A stretch of 64,000 nucleotides of DNA, from positions 1 through 64,000 of IMG/VR virus record IMGVR_UViG_3300047545_000180. One strand, 5' to 3'. Shown in pieces: positions 16,910 to 26,788 of the stretch. How positions within the stretch are numbered: the first letter of the stretch is position 1; every line of letters begins with the position of its first letter. Under the pieces are notes generated by a model. The model searched no databases and had not been told where the DNA came from. It saw only the letters and a list, made by a program, of their open reading frames with translations. Both the position numbers and the translations under genes were made by a program. Source of the stretch: a virus.

Positions 16910-17722
16910 TTGAAAGGAAATTCTATGAAATTTATTAAAAGCGTAATTCTTGCCGTTGTAGTTGCTATTGCTTCTGTAGGTTGCACTCGTATTGAAACTG
17001 GTGAGGTTGGTGTACGGGTCAATGCATCAAAACAGATTGAAGGCTCTGAGTTACCTCCCGGTTCGTGGAATCAGACAATGGTTGGTTCTGTGCTTACATT
17101 TCCTACAAAAGATATCTCTGTGACACTCGATAATAAAACACCAATGACTGCAGACAATAGTGCTCTAGCAGACTTTGATATTACAGTTGTCTACGGTTTG
17201 AATCCTACTTCAGTTGCTGAACTGTACTCAACAAAGAGTCGTAGCTTTCACTCTGAGCATAAAGGTGATATTTATCTGATGCATTCGTACATGAGCACTC
17301 TTGTTAACAACGCAGCTTATAAGGTTGTTCGTGGTTACAAATCACTTGAAGTTGCAGACAATCGTGCAAAGATCGAAGAGCAAATTCGTGATACTGTACA
17401 TGAACAACTCAAAGCTGAAAAGCTCGATAACTCTGTTACACTGACTGTTGTGCAAGTGCGTAATATTCTACCTAATGCTGAAATCTTGCAGTCTGCTACG
17501 AACTATGTTCGTGCTCAAAATGAACTGAAGATCAAACAAACTGAAGTTGACATCGCAAAGAAAGAATCTGAACGAATGGCAGCACTGAGTTCTAACTCTG
17601 GTCAATCTATCGCTTATATGCAAGCTCAAGCACAAATGAAAATCGCAGAAGGTATTGCAGCAGGTCGTGTTAATACGATTGTTGTACCGATGGATTTCAA
17701 AGGTATGATTAACATTAAGTAA
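16910..17722 (+). CDS. SPFH/band-7-like lipoprotein
   Basis: Signal peptide plus lipobox AIASVGC. Then IETGEVGVRVN and a C-terminal coiled coil, typical of SPFH domains. Real start probably MKFIK at 16925. Confidence 0.5.
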   Translation: MKGNSMKFIKSVILAVVVAIASVGCTRIETGEVGVRVNASKQIEGSELPPGSWNQTMVGSVLTFPTKDISVTLDNKTPMTADNSALADFDITVVYGLNPTSVAELYSTKSRSFHSEHKGDIYLMHSYMSTLVNNAAYKVVRGYKSLEVADNRAKIEEQIRDTVHEQLKAEKLDNSVTLTVVQVRNILPNAEILQSATNYVRAQNELKIKQTEVDIAKKESERMAALSSNSGQSIAYMQAQAQMKIAEGIAAGRVNTIVVPMDFKGMINIK

Positions 17723-17728
17723 CAAAGG

Positions 17729-17760
17729 GAGGGCTTCGGCTCTCCTTTACTATTTGGAGA
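17729..17760 (+). terminator. rho-independent terminator
   Basis: GGAGGGC-TTCG-GCTCTCC hairpin followed by TTTACTATTT. Confidence 0.6.
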
Positions 17761-17900
17761 AAAGATGAAATATTTTGTAACTATTAAAGTTGAGGAAACA
17801 CTAGTAATTGATGATGTGTGCAATGAAGCTGAAGCTATCAAAGATGCTTTACAACAATTTGATGCTAGTGCAAATGACCCTGAAGTGGTAGAAGTATGGA

Positions 17901-18164
17901 GTGATTAAGATGACTATAGAGATTTGTGGAACATGTAGGTCACCTTACAATTCAAAAGGTAAAGGTGAATGTTTTAATACTAAAAGCTTTAAACACAAGC
18001 ATCACGATGTGGTTGTTGCGTATTTAAATGGTACTACTATTGAAACTTATGCTGGACCAAAATTTGGTTGGTTAGAGATTAATAATATTGCAGAATCACA
18101 AGATGTACCTTGTTTTCCAAGTAGTATTGAATATAGGATTAAAGATGACACACAACACCGATAA
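17901..18164 (+). CDS. hypothetical protein
   Basis: 87-aa ORF. Confidence 0.45.
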   Translation: MIKMTIEICGTCRSPYNSKGKGECFNTKSFKHKHHDVVVAYLNGTTIETYAGPKFGWLEINNIAESQDVPCFPSSIEYRIKDDTQHR

Positions 18165-18558
18165 AATTATTTGCAACGCTATTACAACACCCGATGGTAC
18201 TTACCTGCGTAGCTACCACCGGCACGACTACAAAGAACACTTGGATAAACTGACTGGTGAGATTTTCATGGTAGACGGTGGTACTGACTACCTACGCCGT
18301 AGCTTTAATACAACACCTGCTACATTTATGGATGTATACCTGAGTGATCCTTTTGAAACTATTCGTAGAAACTTCGTATGGAAATCCTACGGTAAGAACG
18401 GTGAGCATATCCCACACGGTGTTTATATTTTGTTGTGCGATATGGAAGATGATCACATTCATGCTATACTTGAGACTCAGCAGCACATCAAGGGAACTTA
18501 CGTAGAAGACTTGATGAAACAAGAGTTAGATTATCGAAAGGAAGATCATGCACTATAA
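18145..18558 (+). CDS. hypothetical protein (start adjusted to MTHNTD)
   Basis: The ORF-track start 18088 overlaps the upstream gene by 77 nt. An ATG at 18145 with a weak RBS is more plausible. Confidence 0.45.
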   Translation: MTHNTDKIICNAITTPDGTYLRSYHRHDYKEHLDKLTGEIFMVDGGTDYLRRSFNTTPATFMDVYLSDPFETIRRNFVWKSYGKNGEHIPHGVYILLCDMEDDHIHAILETQQHIKGTYVEDLMKQELDYRKEDHAL

Positions 18559-18742
18559 AGATAATTTTGAAGATGCTGTTAGCCGCATAGAGTATGCTCA
18601 TTCAGTGGTTCATAACGCAGGTTATCATCGTTCAGATCGAGACTTACATCTTGCACAAAGGTTACGGCAATTAGTAAATGACATTAGAGATGCAAGGCAT
18701 AATTATGATGAAAACGGTAATGAAAAGGAGAAAACTAAATGA
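18548..18742 (+). CDS. hypothetical protein
   Basis: 64-aa ORF. Confidence 0.4.
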   Translation: MHYKDNFEDAVSRIEYAHSVVHNAGYHRSDRDLHLAQRLRQLVNDIRDARHNYDENGNEKEKTK

Positions 18743-18872
18743 GTGACGTAGAAGTATTTTGGTCTAAAGTAGCTGAGAAGTTCGGTGACAAACGCACATG
18801 GCATCAGTTGAATCCTATGGAGCAACAGATGGTTATCCAAGGTATTAACATGATTTTACAGGTGGTGCAACG

Positions 18873-19238
18873 ATGAGTTTGGTATTTCTAATTTATTTGG
18901 CTGGTGTTATTACTAGTATTGCAAAGTTTTTAAGTATTATCTTTGTCAATACATGTATTTTTTATGCTCTATATGTAATAGGTTATTTACTTTATAATGC
19001 AGACTACTGGCATAAAAGAGGTAAATTTCATTCATGGCCTCTTGCTGTAATTCTAGCTTGTGGTACAATCGGAGCATTTCTACCAAGCGAACGCACAATG
19101 TGGATCATGGCTGGTGCATACACAGGTGAAAAAGTAATGGAAAGCACTATTGGTAAACAAACATTGGAACTAATTGAACTTAAACTTGCAGAAGAACTTG
19201 AGGTTATCAAAGGTAAAGTCAAGGAGAAAACTAAATGA
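18873..19238 (+). CDS. membrane protein
   Basis: Several hydrophobic helices. Confidence 0.5.
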   Translation: MSLVFLIYLAGVITSIAKFLSIIFVNTCIFYALYVIGYLLYNADYWHKRGKFHSWPLAVILACGTIGAFLPSERTMWIMAGAYTGEKVMESTIGKQTLELIELKLAEELEVIKGKVKEKTK

Positions 19239-19341
19239 ACTTCCCAAAAATTATTTGGCAATCACCTAAATTTTTCCACTATGCTGGTTTATACTTGAAG
19301 CTTGGTAACAAACGATATCGCTTAATTAAAGTAGGAGCACG

Positions 19342-19977
19342 ATGATGCCTAGAGCTAAAAATATAAATCAAAAAGATATTGAAGAACTAAGAGAATATTT
19401 GAAGTACGACGAGTCTAGCCCTTCTTGTCTAATTTGGATAAAAAATTCTAAATTCTCAGGTAATAGAATTGGAAAAATGGCGGGTGCTTTACATTCTGGC
19501 AGAAATACACAATATTATGAACTAGATGTAAATGGTAAACGTTATCAAGCACATAGAGTTGTAATGTTATTAAATAATTTTGACATAGCAGATAAAATTA
19601 TTGATCATTATAACGGTAATGGATTAGACAATAGACTTGATAATCTTAGAGTTGCAACAATTGCTGATAATCAAAGAAATAGAAAAATTTCTACTAACAG
19701 TAGGTCAGGTAAGATGGGCGTAAGACGTGTAGCTATACTTAATGGCACCAAAACAAAGCACAATTACTATTGGGAAGCTGGTTATCATGATGAAAATAGT
19801 TGCTATCACAGAAAGAAATTTAACTGTGAAAAATTTGGTGAATTGATTGCAAAAGACTTGGCTATTGAGTGGCGAAATAAAAATATTGAAATTACAAACC
19901 TAAGATTAAAAGAATTAGGTCAGTTAGGTTATTCTGATAGGCACACATCTGAAAGGACAAATGATGACAATTCCTGA
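19342..19977 (+). CDS. HNH (HNH_3) homing endonuclease with an AP2-like DNA-binding domain
   Basis: IDHYNGNGLDNRLDNLRVATIADNQRN HNH core. GKMGVRRV...YWEAGY AP2-like segment. Confidence 0.75.
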   Translation: MMPRAKNINQKDIEELREYLKYDESSPSCLIWIKNSKFSGNRIGKMAGALHSGRNTQYYELDVNGKRYQAHRVVMLLNNFDIADKIIDHYNGNGLDNRLDNLRVATIADNQRNRKISTNSRSGKMGVRRVAILNGTKTKHNYYWEAGYHDENSCYHRKKFNCEKFGELIAKDLAIEWRNKNIEITNLRLKELGQLGYSDRHTSERTNDDNS

Positions 19978-20854
19978 AGGTTTCAAACCTCTCTTAGCTG
20001 TAGAACACAGCAAAGTGAAAACACAAAGTTTTCCATACTATCTATCTGAGAAATTAGACGGTATTCGATGTATTGTATTTGGTGGAGTTGGTTATTCACG
20101 CAGTCTCAAACCTATTCCGAATGCTTTTATTCAGTCTTATTTTAATCAATATGCCAATATTTTGGAAGGATTAGATGGTGAGTTAATCATTGGTGACAAG
20201 AACGCATCTGATGTATTTAATCAAAGCACAAGTGGTGTAATGCGCCAGTCTGGTGAACCTGATTTTACATTTTGGGTGTTTGATAAGTATATTTCTGGTA
20301 CTGAGTACACAAAACGAATTGATAAGATTCCAGTTGAACTACCAGATCGTATTAAATTTCTACCACAGTTTTATGTAACAAAACAACATGAAGTTGATGA
20401 ATGGGAAGCATACTTTCTGAAACAAGGCGCTGAAGGTGTCATGTTAAAAACTCCACACAGTGTGTATAAGTGCGGTCGCTCTGGTACTAAAACACCAGAA
20501 CTACAAAAGGTTAAACGATTTGTAGATAATGAGTTTCAAATCATTGGTTGGGAGCCTAAGTACACCAACACCAATGAAGCAAAGACCAATGAATTAGGAC
20601 GCACTATGCGCTCTACAGCTAAAGATGGTATGGTAGCCCTAGATACAATGGGATCGTTGATTCTATGCACCTCTAAAGGCGATACATTCAGTTGTGGTAG
20701 TGGTATGACTGATGCCATTCGTGCTGACCTGTGGGAACGCAGGGAAAAATTGTCAGGTCAACTTGCAAAAGTTAAGTACTTTGATGTTGGAACAGGATAC
20801 AACGTACCTCGCTTTCCAGTTTTAGTTGGCATTCGACATAAGGATGACCTATGA
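19961..20854 (+). CDS. ATP-dependent DNA ligase
   Basis: Motif I EKLDGIRC (KxDGxR). T7-ligase-like size, 297 aa. Confidence 0.8.
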   Translation: MMTIPEGFKPLLAVEHSKVKTQSFPYYLSEKLDGIRCIVFGGVGYSRSLKPIPNAFIQSYFNQYANILEGLDGELIIGDKNASDVFNQSTSGVMRQSGEPDFTFWVFDKYISGTEYTKRIDKIPVELPDRIKFLPQFYVTKQHEVDEWEAYFLKQGAEGVMLKTPHSVYKCGRSGTKTPELQKVKRFVDNEFQIIGWEPKYTNTNEAKTNELGRTMRSTAKDGMVALDTMGSLILCTSKGDTFSCGSGMTDAIRADLWERREKLSGQLAKVKYFDVGTGYNVPRFPVLVGIRHKDDL

Positions 20855-21028
20855 TCGATAAAACACGCAGTCCTATCCCAAAGTGGCAACTCATGCTTTT
20901 TGGATTGTCAGAAATATTTGATGGTCTAGTGATTGTTTTATCTCTAGGTATGTTATCATCTCGTTTGTCTATGAAGGCTATCTCTTATTTCACAATCAAG
21001 CATTTTAAATCGAAAGGAAAGAACAAAT
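20850..21028 (+). CDS. small membrane protein (about 50 aa), translationally coupled to both neighbours
   Basis: ATGA overlaps at both ends. One TM helix. Confidence 0.3.
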
Positions 21029-22049
21029 GACAGAAAGAAAACTCGCAACTATTCGTAAGATCGCAGCAATTGAACCCATTGAAGGTGCAGACGCTATTGA
21101 AGTCGCTGTTGTCGATGGTTGGAAAGTCGTAGTAAAGAAGGGTGAATTTGCAGTTGATTCACTTGCTTTATACCTAGAAATTGACAGTTGGGTTCCAACA
21201 GAGCTTGCACCATTCTTATCGAAAGGTAAAGAGCCTCGTGAGTTTGAAGGTGTAAAGGGTGAGCGTCTACGTACAGTAAAACTACGTGGTCAAATCTCAC
21301 AAGGTTTGTTGCTACCATTATCTGTAGTATTTGAACTACCACCTACTACGGATGTAGATATTCTTGGTGCAGATATGACAGAAGCACTTGGTATCATCAA
21401 ATGGGAACGCCCAATGAATGCTCAACTCGCTGGTATGGCACGAGGTAATTTCCCTGCGCTAGTACCAAAGACTGATCAAGAGCGTATTCAAAACCTGACA
21501 CGATCTTTTGAGCAGTACCAACAAGATACTTGGTCAATCACAGAAAAGCTTGATGGTTCATCTTGCACATTCTATCTAGACGATGAAGGTGTATTTCATG
21601 TGTGTTCACGAAACTTAGACCTGAAAGAAGACGAAGCAAATTCATTCTGGAAAGTAGCTCGTAAGTTTGATATTGAAGGTATCATGCGTAGAAATTTTAT
21701 GGTACGTATGGCAATTCAAGGTGAAATGATTGGTGAAGGCATTCAAGGTAATCAGTACAAAACACAGCTTGACTTCTACGTTTACGACATGTACAATACT
21801 CATACAGGGCAATATATTTTGCCAGTACAGCTTAAAGCTGCATGTGAAAAGCTTGGGTTGAAGCATGTACCAATTCTTGCTGAAGACATTTCGCTTGTAG
21901 GTGAAAGTGTTTCAGGTATTCTTGCACAAGCTGAAGGTAAATCAGAGCTTAATGGCTCTGAACGTGAAGGTCTTGTATTCAAGAGTAACACCGTACATGA
22001 TCGTAGCTTTAAGGCTATCTCAAATAAATGGTTAATCAAAAATGAATAA
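21027..22049 (+). CDS. ATP-dependent RNA ligase: N-terminal OB (tRNA-binding-like) domain plus an Rnl1-like nucleotidyltransferase core
   Basis: SITEKLDGSSCTFYLDDEGVFHVCSR matches the T4 Rnl1 segment [26 protein letters not shown]. N-terminal ATIRKI..IEPIEGADAIEVAVVDGWKVVV...KLRGQISQGLL OB-fold. Confidence 0.65.
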   Translation: MTERKLATIRKIAAIEPIEGADAIEVAVVDGWKVVVKKGEFAVDSLALYLEIDSWVPTELAPFLSKGKEPREFEGVKGERLRTVKLRGQISQGLLLPLSVVFELPPTTDVDILGADMTEALGIIKWERPMNAQLAGMARGNFPALVPKTDQERIQNLTRSFEQYQQDTWSITEKLDGSSCTFYLDDEGVFHVCSRNLDLKEDEANSFWKVARKFDIEGIMRRNFMVRMAIQGEMIGEGIQGNQYKTQLDFYVYDMYNTHTGQYILPVQLKAACEKLGLKHVPILAEDISLVGESVSGILAQAEGKSELNGSEREGLVFKSNTVHDRSFKAISNKWLIKNE

Positions 22050-22064
22050 TGAATAAGGAGTAAA

Positions 22065-23780
22065 ATGGCAGCTTTCATCAAGCATACAAGTTGTGAAGCT
22101 TGCGGATCATCAGATGGTAAAGCAGTGTATCAAGATAATTCTAGTTACTGTTTCGTCTGTCAACATACAATACCATCTGAAGAGTTCAAAGAAGCAAATC
22201 AAAAGAAACCATCTAGAGTTCGCTCTAGTGTTAAAAAGGAAGAGAACATGGAAGTTAAACTTAGTAGTAAACCTGCATTGACACAAGAAGAGAACTCAGA
22301 GATTAAATCTGAAACTTCTGTCAAGGCTAAAGGCTTTCGGGGTATTGACGATAGTGTGTATGCCAAGTTCGGTGTACGACATGCTTTTGCAGAGGATACA
22401 GGCGAAGTTATGGAGCAGTACTACCCCTGCACACAAGAAGGTCAGTTAGTAGGCTACAAGGTCCGTGAAGTACCTAAGAACTTTTATTCCAAAGGTCGTA
22501 CTGGTGCTGACTGCGAGTTGTTCATGCAGTTTAAATTTAACCGTGGTGGTAAGTATGTGATTATTACCGAAGGTGAAATTGATGCTTTATCTGCATATCA
22601 AATGCTATCAGAATATAACACGAACAAAGGTTGGGACTTTGAAACTGCAGTTGTATCTCCAACTACAGGCGCTAATTCACACAAACAAATTGCAGGTCAA
22701 TTCCGCTTTTTTGATTCCTTTGAGAATATCATTATTTCCTACGATAACGATAAAGCTGGTCAAACCGCTACAGAGCAACTTCTTAAAGTACTACCCAAAG
22801 GTAAAGTCAAGATTATGCCAATGCGTTATAAAGACGCAAATGAATATCTTGAGAAAGATAAATTAAAAGAATTCATCAGCGACTTCTATGAAGCTAAAAA
22901 GCAAGTTCCTGTTGGTGTACTGGCATCTAGTAAATTGTATGATCGTATCATGGGTCAAACTGCAGTTGCTAAGATTCCGTTTCCACCTTTCATGCAAAAG
23001 CTTAACGAGTTGTTCGTTGGTGGTATGCCACTAGGTCACATTGTCAATATCGCTGCAGATACTGGTATTGGTAAAACTACGTTGGTAAATGAATTGATTT
23101 ACTACTGGATTTTTAACTCACCACACACTGTAGGTATTGTATCTATGGAGTTAGATGCAGGTCAATACGGTGAAGTGCTGTTGTCTAGGCACTTGGAAAA
23201 GAAGCTTGCATTGATTGAAAGTCAAGATGAAAAGATCGCTTACCTAAGTACAGATCGTGTAATTGAAAAAGCAAAAGAGCTTACTATTAAAGAAGATGGT
23301 GATTCTCGCTTTTATCTGCTGGACAATCGTGATGGTAGTATCGAAGAGATTCAAGATACAGTTGAAGAGTTAGTATCTGCTTGTGGTGCTAAAGTAATTG
23401 TGCTAGACCCCTTACAAGATATTCTTGATGGTCTATCCAATGAAGAGCAAGCTGAGTTTATGAAGTGGGCTAAAGGCTTTATTAAGAGTCACGGTATCAC
23501 TTTCATCTTTATTAATCACATGCGTAAAACACCTGCAGGTCAAAACGGTGCTGATAGCGAACAGAACATTATGGGTTCCAGTACGATTATCAAATCTGCT
23601 TCTGCGAACATCTTGCTAAAACGTGATAAGATGGCCGAAAGTGAAATTACACGTAACAGTACTGAAATTAGTGTAACTAAGAATCGTGTATGCGGTTTGA
23701 CTGGTTCTGCTGGTTTCATCTACTACGATAATGCTACTCATACATTGCACAGTTTGGATGAGTGGTTAAATAATCATTGA
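22065..23780 (+). CDS. DNA primase/helicase (T7 gp4-like)
   Basis: N-terminal zinc ribbon CEACGS...CFVCQH, a TOPRIM region, then Walker A GIGKTT in the helicase half. Confidence 0.85.
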   Translation: MAAFIKHTSCEACGSSDGKAVYQDNSSYCFVCQHTIPSEEFKEANQKKPSRVRSSVKKEENMEVKLSSKPALTQEENSEIKSETSVKAKGFRGIDDSVYAKFGVRHAFAEDTGEVMEQYYPCTQEGQLVGYKVREVPKNFYSKGRTGADCELFMQFKFNRGGKYVIITEGEIDALSAYQMLSEYNTNKGWDFETAVVSPTTGANSHKQIAGQFRFFDSFENIIISYDNDKAGQTATEQLLKVLPKGKVKIMPMRYKDANEYLEKDKLKEFISDFYEAKKQVPVGVLASSKLYDRIMGQTAVAKIPFPPFMQKLNELFVGGMPLGHIVNIAADTGIGKTTLVNELIYYWIFNSPHTVGIVSMELDAGQYGEVLLSRHLEKKLALIESQDEKIAYLSTDRVIEKAKELTIKEDGDSRFYLLDNRDGSIEEIQDTVEELVSACGAKVIVLDPLQDILDGLSNEEQAEFMKWAKGFIKSHGITFIFINHMRKTPAGQNGADSEQNIMGSSTIIKSASANILLKRDKMAESEITRNSTEISVTKNRVCGLTGSAGFIYYDNATHTLHSLDEWLNNH

Positions 23781-23783
23781 TAG

Positions 23784-23828
23784 TTGACATGAGCCTCAAG
23801 TTGTGATAGACTTGGGGCTTATTTATTT
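23784..23828 (+). terminator. terminator hairpin overlapping a TTGACA-17-TAGACT promoter-like element
   Basis: AGCCTCAAG (23792-23800) / CTTGGGGCT (23811-23819) stem followed by TATTTATTT. TTGACA at 23784-23789. Confidence 0.55.
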
Positions 23829-23839
23829 GGAGGATAGTA

Positions 23840-26020
23840 ATGGATCGCACGAAAGATTGGGTTTGGGATATTGAGACATACAAACATGCTTTTACGTTTA
23901 GTATTGTTCGTGCTGATGGTAAGTTCAAGAAGACCTTTGAAGTATCTGCTCGTGTAAATGAAGTGGATCGTATTCTTACTTGTCTTGACTACTTACACGA
24001 TAACGACCATCGTCTTGTAGGTTTTAACTCCTGTGGATTCGATTACCCGATTGTTCATAAGTTGATTGAGAATCGTGATGTTCTACCAAAGACAGGTAAA
24101 GCTCTTGCTGCTAAAGTATTTCATTGGGCACAACAACAGATCGATAGTTTTAAGAACGATGGTTTCGGCTATACAGTAAAAACCGAAGATCAATACGTCA
24201 AGCAAGTTGACCTGTATCGCATCTGGCACTTTAATAACAAAGCTAAAGCTACAGGTTTGAAGATGCTTGAATTTAACATGCGCCTTGACAACATCGAAGA
24301 CCTACCTTATGACATTGAAGAAGAACTTACTGATCAAATGCTTGACGATATCAAAGCTTACAACGAACACGATGTAGCTTGTACACTTGCGTTTTACAAT
24401 GCATCTGCATCACAGATTGACTTTCGAGACAATCTAAGTGTTAAGCTTGGTCGTGACTTTACAAATGCAGATGATACGAAGATTGGTGCTGAGTACTTTC
24501 AAATGGAGCTTGAAAAAGCAGGTGTATCCTTGCACACTCATAAAGATGGTAAACGTGTAATCAAGCAAACTAAGCGAGATAAAATTGCAATTAAAGATTG
24601 TCTATTTAACTACTACAGTTTTACACAACCAGAATTTCAAGCTATTTATGATTGGTTTTCTAAGCAAGTTATTACTGAAACAAAAGGTGTATTCTCAGAT
24701 ATTGAAGAGCATAACCTTTGTGAAGTTGCAAAGTATGCAGAGCTTGAGATTAAGCGCAAGAAGTTCAAAACTAAACCTACAGAAGCTGAAGTCAAACTAT
24801 TCATGAAAGAACATCCCTTGGGTTGGATCGAAGAAGAAGAGCTGAAAGCTACAGAGTATTTGTTTGATGCTGAAGGCAATCATGTAATGGAATACCCATT
24901 AGATGCTGATGGTTCACCTGACTTTACAAAAAAGCAAAAGAAGGCTCGTGTACCCAAGAAATCTTATTGGGGTTGCTACCGTATTGCCGCCACTCTAAAC
25001 GTGCTTGTAAACGGCTACAGAATCGATTTTGGAGTAGGTGGTGTACATGCATCTTTGAGTGAAAGAATCGTCAAGGAAACCAAGAGTTATATGGTAAGGG
25101 ACGCGGATGTGAGTTCAATGTACCCCAACATTGCTATCTCAAATAGAATCTATCCAGAGCACCTTGGTGAAAAGTTCTGCGATATCTACCAAGATATGTA
25201 CGAACAGCGTAAATCATATGCAAAGAATACTGCAGAAAATGCTATGCTCAAACTTGCACTCAATGGTACATATGGCAAAAGTAATGATAAGTTCTCTGTG
25301 TTTTATGATCCAAAGTTTACAATGTCAATTACCATTAACGGTCAACTGTCTTTGCTGATGCTTGCAGATCGTTTATTACAGATTGAAGGCTTGAAGCTTG
25401 TGCAGCTAAATACCGATGGTCTTACGGTTGCAATGCTGCGTAGTACAGAAGAGCAATATAAAGAGATTTGCACTCAGTGGCAGTCTGATGTAAAGCTAGA
25501 GTTAGAATTTGTAGATTACTCAAAGATGATCATTCGTGATGTAAACAACTATATCGCTGTGTACACCAATGGTAAGACAAAGCGCAAAGGTGCATATCAA
25601 TACGAAGGTCTAGGTTGGCATCAAAATCAGTCTGCACTGGTCATTCCTATGGCTGCTGAAGCAAGCATGACTACAGGTGTAGATGTTCGTGAGTTCATCA
25701 AACAGCACTTTGAAGCTGGAAATATATTTGACTTCATGCTACGCACAAAGGTTCCACGCAGTTCAAAACTTGTGTTAGAATTTGAAGATGGTCGAGTACT
25801 TGCACAACAACGCATCTGCAGGTACTATCCTTGTGTATCTGGTGGTAAGCTTGTTAAGTTGATGCCAGCATTACCTGACAGCGAAGACAGGTCAGATCGC
25901 AGACTAGGTATCGATACCGCTTGGAATGTCAAGACATGCAACAACATGCAAGACTTTGAAGGTGATATTGATTTTGAATACTATGTGCAAGAAGCTGAAA
26001 AGCTAGTTATTGGAGGTTAA
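23840..26020 (+). CDS. DNA polymerase with an N-terminal 3'-5' exonuclease domain; family assignment uncertain, context favours a T7 gp5-like family A enzyme
   Basis: Exo I WDIETY, Exo II VGFNSCGFDYP, Exo III YNEHDVA. Palm motifs DADVSSMYPNIAISN, KNTAENAMLKLALNGTYG, LVQLNTDG. Confidence 0.75.
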   Translation: MDRTKDWVWDIETYKHAFTFSIVRADGKFKKTFEVSARVNEVDRILTCLDYLHDNDHRLVGFNSCGFDYPIVHKLIENRDVLPKTGKALAAKVFHWAQQQIDSFKNDGFGYTVKTEDQYVKQVDLYRIWHFNNKAKATGLKMLEFNMRLDNIEDLPYDIEEELTDQMLDDIKAYNEHDVACTLAFYNASASQIDFRDNLSVKLGRDFTNADDTKIGAEYFQMELEKAGVSLHTHKDGKRVIKQTKRDKIAIKDCLFNYYSFTQPEFQAIYDWFSKQVITETKGVFSDIEEHNLCEVAKYAELEIKRKKFKTKPTEAEVKLFMKEHPLGWIEEEELKATEYLFDAEGNHVMEYPLDADGSPDFTKKQKKARVPKKSYWGCYRIAATLNVLVNGYRIDFGVGGVHASLSERIVKETKSYMVRDADVSSMYPNIAISNRIYPEHLGEKFCDIYQDMYEQRKSYAKNTAENAMLKLALNGTYGKSNDKFSVFYDPKFTMSITINGQLSLLMLADRLLQIEGLKLVQLNTDGLTVAMLRSTEEQYKEICTQWQSDVKLELEFVDYSKMIIRDVNNYIAVYTNGKTKRKGAYQYEGLGWHQNQSALVIPMAAEASMTTGVDVREFIKQHFEAGNIFDFMLRTKVPRSSKLVLEFEDGRVLAQQRICRYYPCVSGGKLVKLMPALPDSEDRSDRRLGIDTAWNVKTCNNMQDFEGDIDFEYYVQEAEKLVIGG

Positions 26021-26021
26021 C

Positions 26022-26408
26022 ATGCGTAAAAACGATCTTATTAAACTGCTGCAAGAAACCAAGGGTAATCCTGAGATTGTTCTTTGGAATGGTCTTGTTG
26101 GCGACTACATGCAAATAGACAACAAATTGGTTGAAGGTGAACTATCTAAAATGACTTTTGAAGGTTTGCTGCATTACTATTCTCTTGAGCGTAAAAGAGA
26201 TGAAAACGATTGGAACTATGAGTTAACTGAAGAAGAAAAGCAAGGTTTACTTAAAAACTACAAAGACAATTACAAATGGGAGATAAATCAGTTTGTAACT
26301 AAAAAAGATATCAAACGTAAAACTCATAAGTCCAAGCGAGTGCTTTATATTAATGCTAAAATATCAGGTAAGTCTCACAATGATCGTTTAGGTTCAATTT
26401 ATTATTGA
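26022..26408 (+). CDS. hypothetical protein
   Basis: GGAGG RBS. Start MRKNDL immediately after the polymerase stop. Confidence 0.5.
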   Translation: MRKNDLIKLLQETKGNPEIVLWNGLVGDYMQIDNKLVEGELSKMTFEGLLHYYSLERKRDENDWNYELTEEEKQGLLKNYKDNYKWEINQFVTKKDIKRKTHKSKRVLYINAKISGKSHNDRLGSIYY

Positions 26409-26536
26409 AAAGTTTACAATGGCTAATGTAAAACAAGGTACACGCACTAGACCACCTCAGTGGTGGAAGCATCTGAAATTCTTCAAGAAAGTATTTTGGA
26501 AAGCAGAACGTCAAGCACACAAAAAGGAGATTAAAC

Positions 26537-26788
26537 ATGAACGAACAGATTAAAGAACTTGCTAGAAGTATTAGTCCTGAAGCATGGCGGCAGCTTGACC
26601 ATCCTGATGATGTCGAATGGTGTAGAAAATTCGCTGAACTATTAATACAAGAAATTTGTAAATTGATTGAACCTGATGAAGAGTGGCGTAAAGATGCATC
26701 TTGGGGTTATCTTGGTGGTGAAGAAGGTGTTGAATTACTTGACGGTGCAGTTAGAACAATCAAAGGGCATTTTGGAGTACAATCATGA
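26537..26788 (+). CDS. hypothetical protein, third member of the MNE(R/Q)I(R/K)ELAR...HFGV family
   Basis: MNEQIKELARS...IKGHFGVQS. Paralog of 8146..8418 and 8539..8799. Confidence 0.6.
   Translation: MNEQIKELARSISPEAWRQLDHPDDVEWCRKFAELLIQEICKLIEPDEEWRKDASWGYLGGEEGVELLDGAVRTIKGHFGVQS

Noticed and set aside
23840-26020. Firm call of a family B (phi29-like, protein-primed) DNA polymerase
   Set aside because: The SMYP, NGTYG and NTDG motifs fit family B superficially. However, the A-to-B motif spacing of about 53 aa, the LVQL-xxD motif C context and the T7-like accessory genes fit family A better, so the family is left open.
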